DNA of 26,929 bases from a virus. Taxonomy: Duplodnaviria > Caudoviricetes. The position numbers and the translations under genes are program-made. Under the pieces are notes generated by a model. That model was not told where the DNA came from. It searched no databases and saw only the letters and a program-made list of their open reading frames with translations. Positions 25,235 through 26,929 of the stretch are shown piece by piece (positions within the stretch are counted from its first letter, which is position 1; each line of letters begins with the position of its first letter). The stretch covers positions 1-26,929 of the IMG/VR virus record IMGVR_UViG_3300049015_000081; one strand, written 5' to 3'.

Positions 25235-26836
25235 ATGGACAGAACCACCTTCAAACCCCTCCTGCTCGCTCTCGCCCTGGTCAGCGCAGCGCCAATGGCC
25301 CAAGCCGCCACCACCCTGGTCTACTGCTCCGAAGCCAGCCCCGCCGGCTTCGACCCCAGCCAATACACCAGCGGTACCGACTTCGACGCCTCGGCCGAAA
25401 CCATCTTCAACCGCCTCACCCAATTCAAGCGCGGCGGCACCGAAGTCGAACCCGGATTAGCCACAAGCTGGGACGTATCCCCTGATGGCTTGGCCTACAC
25501 CTTCCACCTGCGCGACGGCGTGAAATTCCACACCACCGATTACTTCACCCCGACTCGCGACTTCAACGCCGACGACGTGCTGTTCACCTTTCAACGCCTG
25601 CTCGACCCGCAACATCCGTTCCGCCAGGCCTACCCCACCGAATCGCCGTACTTCACCGACATGGGCCTGAACACCACGATCAAGAGCGTAGAGAAGGTCG
25701 ACGAGCACACCGTGCGCTTCAGCCTGAACAACGTCGATGCAGCCTTCGTGCAGAATCTGGCGATGAGTTTTGCCTCGGTGCAATCCGCCGAATACGCCGC
25801 GCAGCTGTTGAAGGAAGGCAAGGCCGGCGACCTCAACCAGAAGCCCGTCGGCACCGGGCCGTTCGTGTTCAAGCGCTATCAGAAGGATTCGCAGATCCGC
25901 TACGCCGCCAACACCGCGTACTGGAAACCCGAGGACGTGAAGCTCGATAACCTGATCTTTTCCATCAGCCCGGACGCCGCCGTGCGCCTGCAAAAGCTCA
26001 AGCGCGGCGAATGCCAGGTCAGCGGTTATCCGCGCCCGGCCGACATCGAAGTGATGGAGCAAGACCCGAACCTGCGGGTGCTCAGGCAGCCCGGTTTCAA
26101 TCTGGGATTTCTGGCCTACAACGTGACGCACCCGCCGCTGGACCAGCTCAAGGTCCGCCAGGCGCTGGACATGGCCATCGATAAACCGGCGATCATCAAG
26201 GCCGTTTACCAAGGCGCCGGGCAACTGGCGCAAAACGCCTTGCCGCCGGCCCAGTGGTCGTTCGACCCGACGATTCAGGACGCGCCCCATGACGTGACCA
26301 AGGCCAAGGCGCTCCTCAAGGAAGCCGGGGTTGCGCCCGGTACAACCATTGATTTGTGGGCGATGACGGTGCAGCGCGCCTCCAACCCCAACGCGCGGAT
26401 GTCGGCGCAAATGATCCAGCAGGATTGGGCCAAGATCGGCATCAAGGCCAACATCGTCAGTTACGAATGGGGCGAGTACATCAAGCGCGCCAAGAACGGC
26501 GAGCATGACGCGATGATCTACGGCTGGACCGGCGACAACGGTGATCCGGACAACTGGCTGGGGGTGCTTTATAGCTGCGCGGCGGTCAAGGGCAGCAACT
26601 ACGCCAAGTGGTGCGACCCGGCCTACGACCGGTTGGTCCAGCAAGCCAAGGTGGCGACCGACCGGCAAAAACGGATCGACCTGTACCAGCAGGCGCAGAA
26701 AATCCTCAAGCAGCAAGTGCCCATCACGCCCATTGCCAATTCAACGGTGTTCCAACCGATACGCAAGGAAGTAGTGGATTTCAAGCTCAGCCCATTTGGC
26801 CTCACACCCTTCTACGGCGTGGGTTTGAACAAGTAA
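25235..26836 (+). CDS. dppA: Host dipeptide ABC transporter substrate-binding protein (SBP family 5)
   Basis: Signal peptide ending AQA; LVYCSEASPAGFDP, PVGTGPF, YEWGEY, GWTGDNGDPDN; paralogue not determinable. Confidence 0.9.
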   Translation: MDRTTFKPLLLALALVSAAPMAQAATTLVYCSEASPAGFDPSQYTSGTDFDASAETIFNRLTQFKRGGTEVEPGLATSWDVSPDGLAYTFHLRDGVKFHTTDYFTPTRDFNADDVLFTFQRLLDPQHPFRQAYPTESPYFTDMGLNTTIKSVEKVDEHTVRFSLNNVDAAFVQNLAMSFASVQSAEYAAQLLKEGKAGDLNQKPVGTGPFVFKRYQKDSQIRYAANTAYWKPEDVKLDNLIFSISPDAAVRLQKLKRGECQVSGYPRPADIEVMEQDPNLRVLRQPGFNLGFLAYNVTHPPLDQLKVRQALDMAIDKPAIIKAVYQGAGQLAQNALPPAQWSFDPTIQDAPHDVTKAKALLKEAGVAPGTTIDLWAMTVQRASNPNARMSAQMIQQDWAKIGIKANIVSYEWGEYIKRAKNGEHDAMIYGWTGDNGDPDNWLGVLYSCAAVKGSNYAKWCDPAYDRLVQQAKVATDRQKRIDLYQQAQKILKQQVPITPIANSTVFQPIRKEVVDFKLSPFGLTPFYGVGLNK

Positions 26837-26847
26837 AACCCGCCCCA

Positions 26848-26881
26848 TGGCGGTGCGTCGCGGCCTCGCGCCGCACCGCCA
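26848..26881 (+). other. GC-rich stem-loop after dppA
   Basis: TGGCGGTGCG/CGCACCGCCA inverted repeat; no clear U-tract. Confidence 0.5.
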
Positions 26882-26929
26882 AGGAGCGCGTTTCGCCCCA
26901 AAAAAGCCTGCGCAAACGGTCAAATGCGT

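Noticed and set aside
24883-26716. ORFs 24883..25485 and 25457..26716
   Set aside because: The first spans the prophage junction off-frame; the second is antisense to dppA
1-26929. CRISPR array, tRNA, rRNA, retron RT, IS element
   Set aside because: No regularly spaced repeats, RNA-gene signatures, RT motifs or second transposase seen by eye

Overview
Positions 1-~25156 are one arm of a transposable (Mu-like, B3/BcepMu-type gene order) prophage in a Pseudomonas-like host. Head and lysis genes run on the minus strand. A central repressor/ner-like switch precedes the early genes (DDE transposase, ExeA/MuB-like ATPase, Mor) on the plus strand, which end at a ...CA terminus about 80 bp upstream of a host dipeptide ABC substrate-binding gene (dppA-like). 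The main accessory feature is a ~8 kb AT-richer cargo block between gpG and the I protease gene, the locus where Pseudomonas Mu-like phages carry anti-CRISPR genes. Here it holds anti-phage defence genes: a Gabija-like OLD nuclease + UvrD pair, three different HEPN/Abi-type proteins, an Mrr-type nuclease with an unrecognised N-terminus, and a lipoprotein. A second small cargo operon downstream of the repressor encodes a Zn-ribbon membrane protein, a charged micropeptide and a SLATT-like 2TM protein. The phage combines Mu-type packaging genes with a lambda gpE/gpD-type capsid and shows several apparent in-frame deletions, a host REP element and a strong strand skew. Family calls come from motif recognition only; no searches were run.
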